From: the human T2T-CHM13v2.0 reference genome, Homo sapiens
Assembly: GCF_009914755.1 (NCBI RefSeq)
Contig: NC_060939.1
Length of the DNA stretch: 64,000 nucleotides
Strand: one strand, 5' to 3'
Shown: piece after piece, positions 44,001-58,622 of the stretch
How the letters are laid out: every line of letters begins with the position of its first letter
Position numbering within the stretch: the stretch's first letter is position 1
The notes under the pieces: model-generated
What the model was told of the DNA's origin: nothing
Seen by the model: only the letters and a program-made list of their open reading frames with translations
Database searches by the model: none
Program-made: the position numbers and the translations under genes

Positions 44001-46386
44001 ATTCCATTCTATTACTTTCATTTCCAATCAATTCCATTCCATTTGATTCCATTCCACTCGGTTTCATTCCATTTGAGTCCACTCCATTCCATTCCATTCC
44101 ATTCCATTCAGTTCCATTCCATTCTGTTCCATTCCATTCCGTTCCATTGCATTCCATTCCATTCGGTACCATTCCATATTGTTCCATTCGATTCCATTCG
44201 AATCCATTCCATTCCAGTCCATTCCATTCGATTCCATTCCATTCCTTTCAATTCCATTCCATTCCATTCCATTCCACTTGATTCCACTCCATTCCCTTCC
44301 ACTGCATTCCATTCGATTCCATTCCATTGCATTGCATTCCATTCCATTGGACTGCATTCCATTCGATTCCATTCCATTCGAATCAATTACATAGCAATCC
44401 ATTACATTCGAGTCTATTCTATTCCGTTCCATTCGATTTCGTTCCAATCCATTCGATTCCATTCCATTCGATTCCATTCCATACTATTGCATTCCATTCG
44501 ATTACATTATATTCGAATAAGTTCCATTCAAGACCATTTCTTTTGAGTCCATTCTATTTGAGTCCATTCCCTTTGATTCCATAACATTTGAGTCCATTCA
44601 ATTCCATTCCTTTCGTTTCCATTCCATTTGATGCCATTCCATTCAATTCTGTTCTACTCGACTCCAATACATTCAATTCCATTCCATCCGATTCCATTAC
44701 ATTCTTTTCATTTCTTATCCATTTCAAGCCATTCCACTCCATTCCATTCCACTCGTTTCCTTTCCATTCGAGTCAATTCCTCTCCAGTCCATTCCGTTCA
44801 ATCCATTCCATTCCAGTCCATTCCATTCGAGTCCGTTCCATTCCAGTCCACTCCATTCGAGTCAATTCCATTCCATTCGATCTCTTTCCATAACGATCCA
44901 TTCCATTCTATTCCTTTCGATTCCATTCCATTCTATTTCATTCCATTCGATTCCCTTCCATTGGACTCCTTTCCATTCGAGTGCATTCCATTCCGTTCCA
45001 TTTCTTTCCGTTCTGTACGATTCCTACCGTTCGATTTCATTTTGTTCCAGTCCATTCCTTTCGCGTCCATTCCATTCCATTTCACTCCATTCGATTCCAT
45101 TCCACTCGATTCCACTTCGTTCCATTTCATTGCATTCCATTCTATTCAACTCTATTGCCTTCCATTCCATTCCATTCGATTACATTCCATGCGATTCCAT
45201 TCGAAATCGAATCAATTACATTGCAATCCATTACTATTGAGTCCGTTTTATTCCAGTCCACTGCATTCTGGTCCATTCCATTTGATTCCATTCCATTCTA
45301 TTCCATTCCATACAGTTGCATTCCATTGGATTCCATGCTATATCTATAAATTCAATTCGAGACCATTGCTTTTGAGTCCATTCTATATGATTCCATTCCA
45401 TTCAAGTCCATTACATTTGGTTCAATTCCATTCCATTCCATTCCCTTCCATTCCATTCCAGTTGATATCAATCCATTCGATTCCATTCCATTCGAGCACA
45501 TTCCATTCGAGTCCATTCCATTCGATGCCATTCCATTTGATTCTATTCCATTAGTCTCCATTCAATTCCATTAATCTCCATTCCATTCCATTCTACTCCA
45601 ACTGATTCCATTCCATTCTATTCCTTTCCATTCCATTTCATTCCATTCCATTCCATTTCATTCCATTCCATTCCATTCGTGTCCATTCCACTCCAGTCCA
45701 TTCCATTCGTGTCCATTCCATTCCAGTCCATTCCATTTGTGTCCACTGCATTCCATTCCACTCCATTCCATATTATTCCATTATACTCCATTCCATTCTA
45801 TTACTTTCATTTCCATTCAATTCCATTCCATTTGATTCCATTCCACTCGGTTTCATTCCATTTGAGTCCACTCCATTCCATTCCATTCCATTCCATTCCA
45901 TTCAGTTCCATTCCATTCTGTTCCATTCCATTCCGTTCCATTACATTCCATTCCATTCGGTACCATTCCATATTGTTCCATTCGATTCCATTCGAATCCA
46001 TTCCATTCCAGTCCATTCCATTCGATTCCATTCCATTCATTTCAATTCCATTCCATTCCATTCCATTACATTCCACTTGATTCCTCTCCATTCCCTTCCA
46101 CTGCATTCCGTTCGATTCCATTCCATTGCATTGCATTCCATTCCATTGGATTGCATTCCATTCGATTCCATTCCATTCGAATCAATTACATAGCAATCCA
46201 TTACATTCGAGTCTATTCTATTCCGTTCCATTCGATTTCGTTCCAATCCATTCGATTCCATTCCATTCGACTCCATTCCATACTATTGCATTCCATTCTA
46301 TTACATTATATTCGAATAAGTTCCATTCAAGACCATTTCTTTTGAGTCCATTCTATTTGAGTCCATTCCCTTTGATTCCATAACAT

Positions 46387-47884
46387 TTGAGTCCATTCAA
46401 TTCCATTCCTTTCGTTCCCATTCCATTTGATGCCATTCCATTCAATTCTGTTCTACTCGACTCCAATACATTCAATTCCATTCCATCTGATTCCATTCCA
46501 TTCTTTTCATTTCTTATCCATTTCAAGCCATTCCACTCCATTCCATTCCACTCGTTTCCTTTCCATTCGAGTCCATTCCTCTCCAGTCCATTCCGTTCAA
46601 TCCATTCCATTCCAGTCCATTCCATTCGAGTCCGTTCCATTCCAGTCCACTCCATTCGAGTCAATTCCATCCCATTCGATGTCTTTCCATAACGATCCAT
46701 TCCATTCTATTCCTTTCGATTCCATTCCATTCTATTTCATTCCATTCGATTCCCTTCCATTGGACTCCTTTCCATTCGAGTGCATTCCATTCCGTTCCAT
46801 TTCTTACCGTTCTGTACGATTCCTACCGTTCGATTTCATTTTGTTCCAGTCCATTCCTTTCGCGACTATTCCATTCCATTTCACTCCATTCGATTCCATT
46901 CCACTCGATTCCACTTCGTTCCATTTCATTGCATTCCATTCTATTCAACTCTATTGCCTTCCATTCCATTCCATTCGATTACATTCCATTCGAGCACATT
47001 CCATTTGAGTCCATTCCATTCGATGCCATTCCATTTGATTCTATTCCATTAGTCTCCATTCAATTCCATTAATCTCCATTCCATTCCATTCTACTCCAAC
47101 TGATTCCATTCCATTCTATTCCTTTCCATTCCATTTCATTCCATTCCATTCCATTTCATTCCATTCCATTCCATTTCATTCCATTCCATTCCATTCCATT
47201 CCATTCGCTTCCATTCCATTCGTCTCCATTCCATTCCTGTCCATTCCATTTGTGTCCACTGCATTCCATTCCACTCCATTCCATATTATTCCATTACACT
47301 CCATTCCATTCTATTACTTTCATTTCCATTCAATTCCATTCCATTTGATTCCATTCCACTCGGTTTCATTCCATTTGAGTCCACTCCATTCCATTCCATT
47401 CCATTCAGTTCCATTCCATTCTGTTCCATTCCATTCCGTTCCATTGCATTCCATTCCATTCGGTACCATTCCATATTGTTCCATTCGATTCCATTCGAAT
47501 CCATTCCATTCCAGTCCATTCCATTCGATTCCATTCCATTCCTTTCAATTCCATTCCATTCCATTCCATTCCACTTGATTCCACTCCATTCCCTTCCACT
47601 GCATTCCATTCGATTCCATTCCATTGCATTGCATTCCATTCCATTGGACTGCATTCCATTCGATTCCATTCCATTCGAATCAATTACATAGCAATCCATT
47701 ACATTCGAGTCTATTCTATTCCGTTCCATTCGATTTCGTTCCAATCCATTCGATTCCATTCCATTCGATTCCATTCCATACTATTGCATTCCATTCTATT
47801 ACATTATATTCGAATAAGTTCCATTCAAGACCATTTCTTTTGAGTCCATTCTATTTGAGTCCATTCCCTTTGATTCCATAACAT
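46387..47884 (+). repeat. Truncated 1,498-bp unit with a 301-bp internal deletion
   Basis: Junction near 46989/46990 reads CGATTACATTCCAT|TCGAGCACATT. In an intact unit these points are 5756 and 6058. They share the microhomology CATTCCAT. Confidence 0.88.
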
Positions 47885-50800
47885 TTGAGTCCATTCAATT
47901 CCATTCCTTTCGTTTCCATTCCATTTGATGCCATTCCATTCAATTCTGTTCTACTCGACTCCAATACATTCAGTTCCATTCCATCCGATTCCATTACATT
48001 CTTTTCATTTCTTATCCATTTCAAGCCATTCCACTCCATTCCATTCCACTCGTTTCCTTTCCATTCGAGTCCATTCCTCTCCAGTCCATTCCGTTCAATC
48101 CATTCCATTCCAGTCCATTCCATTCGAGTCCGTTCCATTCCAGTCCATTCCATTCGAGTCAATTCCATTCCATTCGATGTCTTTCCATAACGATCCATTC
48201 CATTCTATTCCTTTCGATTCCATTCCATTCTATTTCATTCCATTCGATTCCCTTCCATTGGACTCCTTTCCATTCGAGTGCATTCCATTCCGTTCCATAT
48301 CTTTCCGTTCTGTACGATTCCTACCGTTCGATTTCATTTTGTTCCAGTCCATTCCTTTCGCGTCCATTCCATTCCATTTCACTCCATTCGATTCCATTCC
48401 ACTCGATTCCACTTCGTTCCATTTCATTGCATTCCATTCTATTCAACTCTATTGCCTTCCATTCCATTCCATTCGATTACATTCCATGCGATTCCATTCG
48501 AAATCGAATCAATTACATTGCAATCCATTACTATTGAGTCCGTTTTATTCCAGTCCACTGCATTCTGTTCCATTCCATTTGATTCCATTCCATTCTATTC
48601 CATTCCATACTGTTGCATTCCATTGGATTCCATGCTATATCTATAAATTCAATACGAGACCATTGCTTTTGAGTCCATTCTATATGATTCCATTCCATTC
48701 AAGTCCATTACATTTGGTTCAATTCCATTCCATTCCACTCCCTTCCATTCCATTCCATTTGATATCAATCCATTCGATTCCATTACATTCGAGCACATTC
48801 CATTCGAGTCCATTCCATTCGAGTCCATTCCATTCGATGCCATTCCATTTGATTCTATTCCATTAGTCTCCATTCAATTCCATTAATCTCCATTCCATTC
48901 CATTCTACTCCAACTGATTCCATTCCATTCTATTCCTTTCCATTCCATTTCATTCCATTCCATTCCATTCCATTCCATTCCATTCCATTCCATTCGTGTC
49001 CATTCCACTCCAGTCCATTCCATTCGTGTCCATTCCATTCCAGTCCATTCCATTTGTGTCCACTGCATTCCATTCCACTCCATTCCATATTATTCCATTA
49101 CACTCCATTCCATTCTATCACTTTCATTTCCATTCAATTCCATTCCATTTGATTCCATTCCACTCGGTTTCATTCCATTTGAGTCCACTCCATTCCATTC
49201 CATTGCATTCCATTCAGTTCCATTCCATTCTGTTCCATTCCATTCCGTTCCATTACATTCCATTCCATTCGGTACCATTCCATATTGTTCCATTCGATTC
49301 CATTCGAATCCATTCCATTCCAGTCCATTCCATTCGATTCCATTCCATTCATTTCAATTCCATTCCATTCCATTCCATTACATTCCACTTGATTCCTCTC
49401 CATTCCCTTCCACTGCATTCCGTTCGATTCCATTCCATTGCATTGCATTCCATTCCATTGGATTGCATTCCATTCGATTCCATTCCATTCGAATCAATTA
49501 CATAGCAATCCATTACATTCGAGTCTATTCTATTCCGTTCCATTCGATTTCGTTCCAATCCATTCGATTCCATTCCATTCGATTCCATTCCATACTATTG
49601 CATTCCATTCGATTACATTATATTCGAATAAGTTCCATTCAAGACCATTTCTTTTGAGTCCATTCTATTTGAGTCCATTCCCTTTGATTCCATAACATTT
49701 GAGTCCATTCAATTCCATTCCTTTCGTTTCCATTCCATTTGATGCCATTCCATTCAATTCTGTTCTACTCGACTCCAATACACTCAATTCCATTCCATCC
49801 GATTCCATTACATTCTTTTCATTTCTTATCCATTTCAAGCCATTCCACTCCATTCCATTCCACTCGTTTCCTTTCCATTCGAGTCCATTCCTCTCCAGTC
49901 CATTCCGTTCAATCCATTCCATTCCAGTCCATTCCATTCGAGTCCGTTCCATTCCAGTCCATTCCATTCGAGTCAATTCCATTCCATTCGATGTCTTTCC
50001 ATAACGATCCATTCCATTCTATTCCTTTCGATTCCATTCCATTCTATTTCATTCCATTCGATTCCCTTCCATTGGACTCCTTTCCATTCGAGTGCATTCC
50101 ATTCCTTTCCATTTCTTTCCGTTCTGTACGATTCCTACCGTTCGATTTCATTTTGTTCCAGTCCATTCCTTTCGCGTCCATTCCATTCCATTTCACTCCA
50201 TTCGATTCCATTCCACTCGATTCCACTTCGTTCCATTTCATTGCATTCCATTCTATTCAACTCTATTGCCTTCCATTCCATTCCATTCGATTACATTCCA
50301 TGCGATTCCATTCGAAATCGAATCAATTACATTGCAGTCCATTACTATTGAGTCCGTTTTATTCCAGTCGACTGCATTCTGGTCCATTCCATTTGATTCC
50401 ATTCCATTCTATTCCATTCCATACAGTTGCATTCCATTGGATTCCATGCTATAACTATAAATTCAATTCGAGAACATTGCTTTTGAGTCCATTCTATATG
50501 ATTCCATTCCATTCAAGTCCATTACATTTGGTTCAATTCCATTCCATTCCATTCCCTTCCATTCCATTCCATTTGATATCAATCCATTCGATTCCATTCC
50601 ATTCGAGCACATTCCATTCGAGTCCATTCCATTCGATGCCATTCCATTTGATTCTATTCCATTAGTCTCCATTCAATTCCATTAATCTCCATTCCATTCC
50701 ATTCTACTCCAACTGATTCCATTCCATTCTATTCCTTTGCATTCCATTTCATTCCATTCCATTCCATTTCATTCCATTCCATTCCATTCGTGTCCATTCC

Positions 50801-53800
50801 ACTCCAGTCCATTCCATTCGTGTCCATTCCATTCCAGTCCATTCCATTTGTGTCCACTGCATTCCATTCCACTCCATTCCATATTATTCCATTACACTCC
50901 CTTCCATTCTATTACTTTCATTTCCATTCAATTCCATTCCATTTGATTCCATTCCACTCGGTTTCATTCCATTTGAGTCCACTCCATTCCATTCCATTCC
51001 ATTCCATTCAGTTCCATTCCATTCTGTTCCATTCAATTCCGTTCCATTACATTCCATTCCATTCGGTACCATTCCATATTGTTCCATTCGATTCCATTCG
51101 AATCCATTCCATTCCAGTCCATTCCATTCGATTCCATTCCATTCATTTCAATTCCATTCCATTCCATTCCATTACATTCCACTTGATTCCTCTCCATTCC
51201 CTTCCACTGCATTCCGTTCGATTCCATTCCATTGCATTGCATTCCATTCCATTGCATTGCATTCCATTCGATTCCATTCCATTCGTATCAATTACATAGC
51301 AATCCATTACATTCGAGTCTATTCTATTCCGTTCCATTCGATTTCGTTCCAATCCATTCGATTCCATTCCATTCGATTCCATTCCATACTATTGCATTCC
51401 ATTCGATTACATTATATTCGAATAAGTTCCATTCAAGACCATTTCTTTTGAGTCCATTCTATTTGAGTCCATTCCCTTTGATTCCATAACATTTGAGTCC
51501 ATTCAATTCCATTCCTTTCGTTTCCATTCCATTTGATGCCATTCCATTCAATTCTGTTCTACTCGACTCCAATACATTCAATTCCATTCCATCCGATTGC
51601 ATTACATTCTTTTCATTTCTTATCCATTTCAAGCCATTCCACTCCATTCCATTCCACTCGTTTCCTTTCCATTCGAGTCCATTCCTCTCCAGTCCATTCC
51701 GTTCAATCCATTCCATTCCAGTCCATTCCATTCGAGTCCGTTCCATTCCAGTCCATTCCATTCGAGTCAATTCCATCCCATTCGATGTCTTTCCATAACG
51801 ATCCATTCCATTCTATTCCTTTCGATTCCATTCCATTCTATTTCATTCCATTCGATTCCCTTCCATTGGACTCCTTTCCATTCGAGTGCATTCCATTCCG
51901 TTCCATTTCTTTCCGTTCTGTACGATTCCTACCGTTCGATTTCATTTTGTTCCAGTCCATTCCTTTCGCGTCCATTCCATTCCATTTCACTCCATTCGAT
52001 TCCATTCCACTCGATTCCACTTCGTTCCATTTCATTGCATTCCATTCTATTCAACTCTATTGCCTTCCATTCCATTCCATTCGATTACATTCCATGTGAT
52101 TCCATTCGAAATCGAATCAATTACATTGCAATCCATAACTATTGAGTCCATTTTATTCCAGTCCACTGCATTCTGGTCCATTCCATTTGATTCCATTCCA
52201 TTCTATTCCATTCCATACAGTTGCATTCCATTGGATTCCATTCTATATCTATAAATTCAATTCGAGACCATTGCTTTTGAGTCCATTCTATATGATTCCA
52301 TTCCATTCAAGTCCATTACATTTGGTTCAATTCCATTCCATTCCATTCCCTTCCATTCCATTCCAGTTGATATCAATCCATTCGATTCCATTCCATTCGA
52401 GCACATTCCATTCGAGTCCATTCCATTCGATGCCATTCCATTTGGTTCTATTCCATTAGTCTCCATTCAATTCCATTAATCTCCATTCCATTCCATTCTA
52501 CTCCAACTGATTCCATTCCATTCTATTCCTTTCCATTCCATTTCATTCCATTCCATTCCATTCCATTCGCTTCTATTCCATTCGTGTCCATTCCATTGCA
52601 GTCCATTCCATTTGTGTCCACTGCATTCCATTCCACTCCATTCCATATTATTCCATTACACTCCATTCCATTCTATTACTTTCATTTCCATTCAATTCCG
52701 TTCCATTTGATTCCATTCCACTCGGTTTCATTCCATTTGAGTCCACTCCATTCCATTCCATTCCATTCAGTTCCATTCCATTCTGTTCCATTCCATTCCG
52801 TTCCATTGCATTCCATTCCATTCGGTACCATTCCATATTGTTCCATTCGATTCCATTCGAATCCATTCCATTCCAGTCCATTCCATTCGATTCCATTCCA
52901 TTCCTTTCAATTCCATTCCATTCCATTCCATTCCACTTGATTCCACTCCATTCCCTTCCACTGCATTCCATTCGATTCCATTCCATTGCATTGCATTCCA
53001 TTCCATTGGATTGCATTCCATTCGATTCCATTCCATTCGAATCAATTACATAGCAATCCATTACATTCGAGTCTATTCTATTCCGTTCCATTCGATTTCG
53101 TTCCAATCCATTCGATTCCATTCCATTCGATTCCATTCCATACTATTGCATTCCATTCGATTACATTATATTCGAATAAGTTCCATTCAAGACCATTTCT
53201 TTTGAGTCCATTCTATTTGAGTCCATTCCCTTTGATTCCATAACATTTGAGTCCATTCAATTCCATTCCTTTCGTTTCCATTCCATTTGATGCCATTCCA
53301 TTCAATTCTGTTCTACTCGACTCCAATACATTCAATTCCATTCCATCCGATTCCATTACATTCTTTTCATTTCTTATCCATTTCAAGCCATTCCACTCCA
53401 TTCCATTCCACTCGTTTCCTTTCCATTCGAGTCCATTCCTCTCCAGTCCATTCCGTTCAATCCATTCCATTCCAGTCCATTCCATTCGAGTCCGTTCCAT
53501 TCCAGTCCATTCCATTCGAGTCAATTCCATTCCATTCGATGTCTTTCCATAACGATCCATTCCATTCTATTCCTTTCGATTCCATTCCATTCTATTTCAT
53601 TCCATTCGATTCCCTTCCATTGGACTCCTTTCCATTCGAGTGCATTCCATTCCGTTCCATTTCTTTCCGTTCTGTACGATTCCTACCGTTCGATTTCATT
53701 TTGTTCCAGTCCATTCCTTTCGCGTCCATTCCATTCCATTTCACTCCATTCGATTCCATTCCACTCGATTCCACTTCGTTCCATTTCATTGCATTCCATT

Positions 53801-56800
53801 CTATTCAACTCTATTGCCTTCCATTCCATTCCATTCGATTATATTCCATGCGATTCCATTCGAAATCGAATCAATTACATTGCAATCCATTACTATTGAG
53901 TCCGTTTTATTCCAGTCCACTGCATTCTGGTCCATTCCATTTGATTCCATTCCATTCTATTCCATTCCATACAGTTGCATTCCATTGGATTCCATGCTAT
54001 ATCTATAAATTCAATTCGAGACCATTGCTTTTGAGTCCATTCTATATGATTCCATTCCATTCAAGTCCATTACATTTGGTTCAATTCCATTCCATTCCAT
54101 TCCCTTCCATTCCATTCCATTTGATATCAATCCATTCGATTCCATTCCATTCGAGCACATTCCATTCGAGTCCATTCCATTCGATGCCATTCCATTTGAT
54201 TCTATTCCATTAGTCTCCATTCAATTCCATTAATCTCCATTCCATTCCATTCTACTCCAACTGATTCCATTCCATTCTATTCCTGTCCATTCCATTTCAT
54301 TCCATTCCATTCCATTCCATTCCATTCGTGTCCATTCCACTCCAGTCCATTCCATTCGTGTGCATTCCATTCCAGTCCATTCCATTTGTGTCCACTGCAT
54401 TCCATTCCACTCCATTCCATATTATTCCATTACACTCCATTCCATTCTATTACTTTCATTTCCATTCAATTCCATTCCATTTGATTCCATTCCACTCGGT
54501 TTCATTCCATTTGAGTCCACTCCATTCCATTCCATTCCATTCCATTCAGTTCCATTCCATTCTGTTCCATTCCATTCCGTTCCATTACATTCCATTCCAT
54601 TCGGTACCATTCCATATTGTTCCATTCGATTCCATTCGAATCCATTCCATTCCAGTCCATTCCATTCGATTCCATTCCATTCATTTCAATTCCATTCCAT
54701 TCCATTCCATTACATTCCACTTGATTCCTCTCCATTCCCTTCCACTGCATTCCGTTCGATTCCATTCCATTGCATTGCATTCCATTCCATTGGATTGCAT
54801 TCCATTCGATTCCATTCCATTCGAATCAATTACATAGCAATCCATTACATTCGAGTCTATTCTCTTCCGTTCCATTCGATTTCGTTCCAATCCATTCGAT
54901 TCCATTCCATTCGATTCCATTCCATACTATTGCATTCCATTCGATTACATTATATTCGAATAAGTTCCATTCAAGACCATTTCTTTTGAGTCCATTCTAT
55001 TTGAGTCCATTCCCTTTGATTCCATAACATTTGAGTCCATTCAATTCCATTCCTTTCGTTTCCATTCCATTTGATGCCATTCCATTCAATTCTGTTCTAC
55101 TCGACTCCAATACATTCAATTCCATTCCATCCGATTCCATTACATTCTTTTCATTTCTTATCCATTTCAAGCCATTCCACTCCATTCCATTCCACTCGTT
55201 TCCTTTCCATTCGAGTCCATTCCTCTCCAGTCCATTCCGTTCAATCCATTCCATTCCAGTCCATTCCATTCGAGTCCGTTCCATTCCAGTCCATTCCATT
55301 CGAGTCAATTCCATTCCATTCGATGTCTTTCCATAACGATCCATTCCATTCTATTCCTTTCGATTCCATTCCATTCTATTTCATTCCATTCGATTCCCTT
55401 CCATTGGACTCCTTTCCATTCGAGTGCATTCCATTCCGTTCCATTTCTTCCCGTTCTGTACGATTCCTACCGTTCGATTTCATTTTGTTCCAGTCCATTC
55501 TTTCGCGTCCATTCCATTCCATTTCACTCCATTCGATTCCATTCCACTCGATTCCACTTCGTTCCATTTCATTGCATTCCATTCTATTCAACTCTATTGC
55601 CTTCCATTCCATTCCATTCGATTACATTCCATGCGATTCCATTCGAAATCGAATCAATTACATTGCAATCCATTACTATTGAGTCCGTTTTATTCCAGTC
55701 CACTGCATTCTGGTCCATTCCATTTGATTCCATTCCATTCTATTCCATTCCATACAGTTGCATTCCATTGGATTCCATTCTATATCTATAAATTCAATTC
55801 GAGACCATTGCTTTTGAGTCCATTCTATATGATTCCATTCCATTCAAGTCCATTACATTTGGTTAAATTCCATTCCAATAGGGTCAATTCCATTCCATTC
55901 CATTCCCTTCCATTCCATTCCAGTTCATATCAATCCATTCGATTCCATTCCATTCGAGCACATTCCATTCGAGTCCATTCCATTCGATGCCATTCCATTT
56001 GATTCTATTCCATTAGTCTCCATTCAATTCCATTAATCTCCATTCCATTCCATTCTACTCCAACTGATTCCATTCCATTCTATTCCTTTCCATTCCATTT
56101 CATTCCATTCCATTCCATTCCATTCCATTCCATTCGTGTCCATTCCACTCCAGTCCATTCCATTCGTATCCATTCCATTCCAGTCCATTCCATTTGTGTC
56201 CACTGCATTCCATTCCACTCCATTCCATATTATTCCATTACACTCCATTCCATTCTATTACTTCCATTTCCATTCAATTCCATTCCATTTGATTCCATTC
56301 CACTCGGTTTCATTCCATTTGAGTCCACTCCATTCCATTCCATTCCATTCAGTTCCATTCCATTCTGTTCCATTCCATTCCGTTCCATTACATTCCATTC
56401 CATTCGGTACCATTCCATATTGTTCCATTCGATTCCATTCGAATCCATTCCATTCCAGTCCATTCCATTCGATTCCATTCCATTCATTTCAATTCCATTC
56501 CATTCCATTCCATTACATTCCACTTGATTCCTCTCCATTCCCTTCCACTGCATTCCGTTCGATTCCATTCCATTGCATTGCATTCCATTCCATTGGATTG
56601 CATTCCATTCGATTCCATTCCATTCGAATCAATTACATAGCAATCCATTACATTCGAGTCTATTCTATTCCGTTCCATTCGATTTCGTTCCAATCCATTC
56701 GATTCCATTCCATTCGATTCCATTCCATACTATTGCATTCCATTCGATTACATTATATTCGAATAAGTTCCATTCAAGACCATTTCTTTTGAGTCCATTC

Positions 56801-58622
56801 TATTTGAGTCCATTCCCTTTGATTCCATAACATTTGAGTCCATTCAATTCCATTCCTTTCGTTTCCATTCCATTTGATGCCATTCCATTCAATTCTGTTC
56901 TACTCGACTCCAATACATTCAATTCCATTCCATCCGATTCCATTACATTCTTTTCATTTCTTATCCATTTCAAGCCATTCCACTCCATTCCATTCCACTC
57001 GTTTCCTTTCCATTCGAGTCCATTACTCTCCAGTCCATTCCGTTCAATCCATTGCATTCCAGTCCATTCCATTCGAGTCCGTTCCATTCCAGTCCATTCC
57101 ATTCGAGTCAATTCCATCCCATTCGATGTCTTTCCATAACGATCCATTCCATTCTATTCCTTTCGATTCCATTCCATTCTATTTCATTCCATTCGATTCC
57201 CTTCCATTGGACTCCTTTCCATTCGAGTGCATTCCATTCCGTTCCATTTCTTTCCGTTCTGTACGATTCCTACCGTTCGATTTCATTTTGTTCCAGTCCA
57301 TTCCTTTCGCGTCCATTCCATTCCATTTCACTCCATTCGATTCCATTCCACTCGATTCCACTTCGTTCCATTTCATTGCATTCCATTCTATTCAACTCTA
57401 TTGCCTTCCATTCCATTCCATTCGATTACATTCCATGCGATTCCATTCGAAATCGAATCAATTACATTGCAATCCATTACTATTGAGTCCGTTTTATTCC
57501 AGTCCACTGCATTCTGGTCCATTCCATTTGATTCCATTCCATTCTATTCCATTCCATACAGTTGCATTCCATTGGATTCCATTCTATATCTATAAATTCA
57601 ATTCGAGACCATTGCTTTTGAGTCCATTCTATATGATTCCATTCCATTCAAGTCCATTACATTTGGTTCAATTCCATTCCATTCCATTCCTTTCCATTCC
57701 ATTCCATTTGATATCAATCCATTCGATTCCATTCCATTCGAGCACATTCCATTCGAGTCCATTCCATTCGATGCCATTCCATTTGATTCTATTCCATTAG
57801 TCTCCATTCAATTCCATTAATCTCCATTCCATTCCATTCTACACCAACTGATTCCATTCCATTCTATTCCTTTCCATTCCATTTCATTCCATTCCATTCC
57901 ATTCCATTCCATTCCATTCGTGTCCATTCCACTCCAGTCCATTCCATTCGTATCCATTCCGTTCCAGTCCATTCCATTTGTGTCCACTGCATTCCATTCC
58001 ACTCCATTCCATATTATTCCATTACACTCCATTCCATTCTATTACTTTCATTTCCATTCAATTCCATTCCATTTGATTCCATTCCACTCGGTTTCATTCC
58101 ATTTGAGTCCACTCCATTCCATTCCATTCCATTCCATTCAGTTCCATTCCATTCTGTTCCATTCCATTCCGTTCCATTACATTCCATTCCATTCGGTACC
58201 ATTCCATATTGTTCCATTCGATTCCATTCGAATCCATTCCATTCCAGTCCATTCCATTCGATTCCATTCCATTCATTTCAATTCCATTCCATTCCATTCC
58301 ATTACATTCCACTTGATTCCTCTCCATTCCCTTCCACTGCATTCCGTTCGATTCCATTCCATTGCATTGCATTCCATTCCATTGGATTGCATTCCATTCG
58401 ATTCCATTCCATTCGAATCAATTACATAGCAATCCATTACATTCGAGTCTATTCTATTCCGTTCCATTCGATTTCGTTCCAATCCATTCGATTCCATTCC
58501 ATTCGGTTCCATTCCATACTATTGCATTCCATTCGATTACATTATATTCGAATAAGTTCCATTCAAGACCATTTCTTTTGAGTCCATTCTATTTGAGTCC
58601 ATTCCCTTTGATTCCATAACAT

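Noticed and set aside
46485-52100. Scattered CpG>TpG/CpA changes (e.g. CATCTGAT ~46487, CATGTGAT ~52096)
   Set aside because: This is the expected deamination of methylated CpG in heterochromatic satellite. I did not quantify it and it is not unusual.
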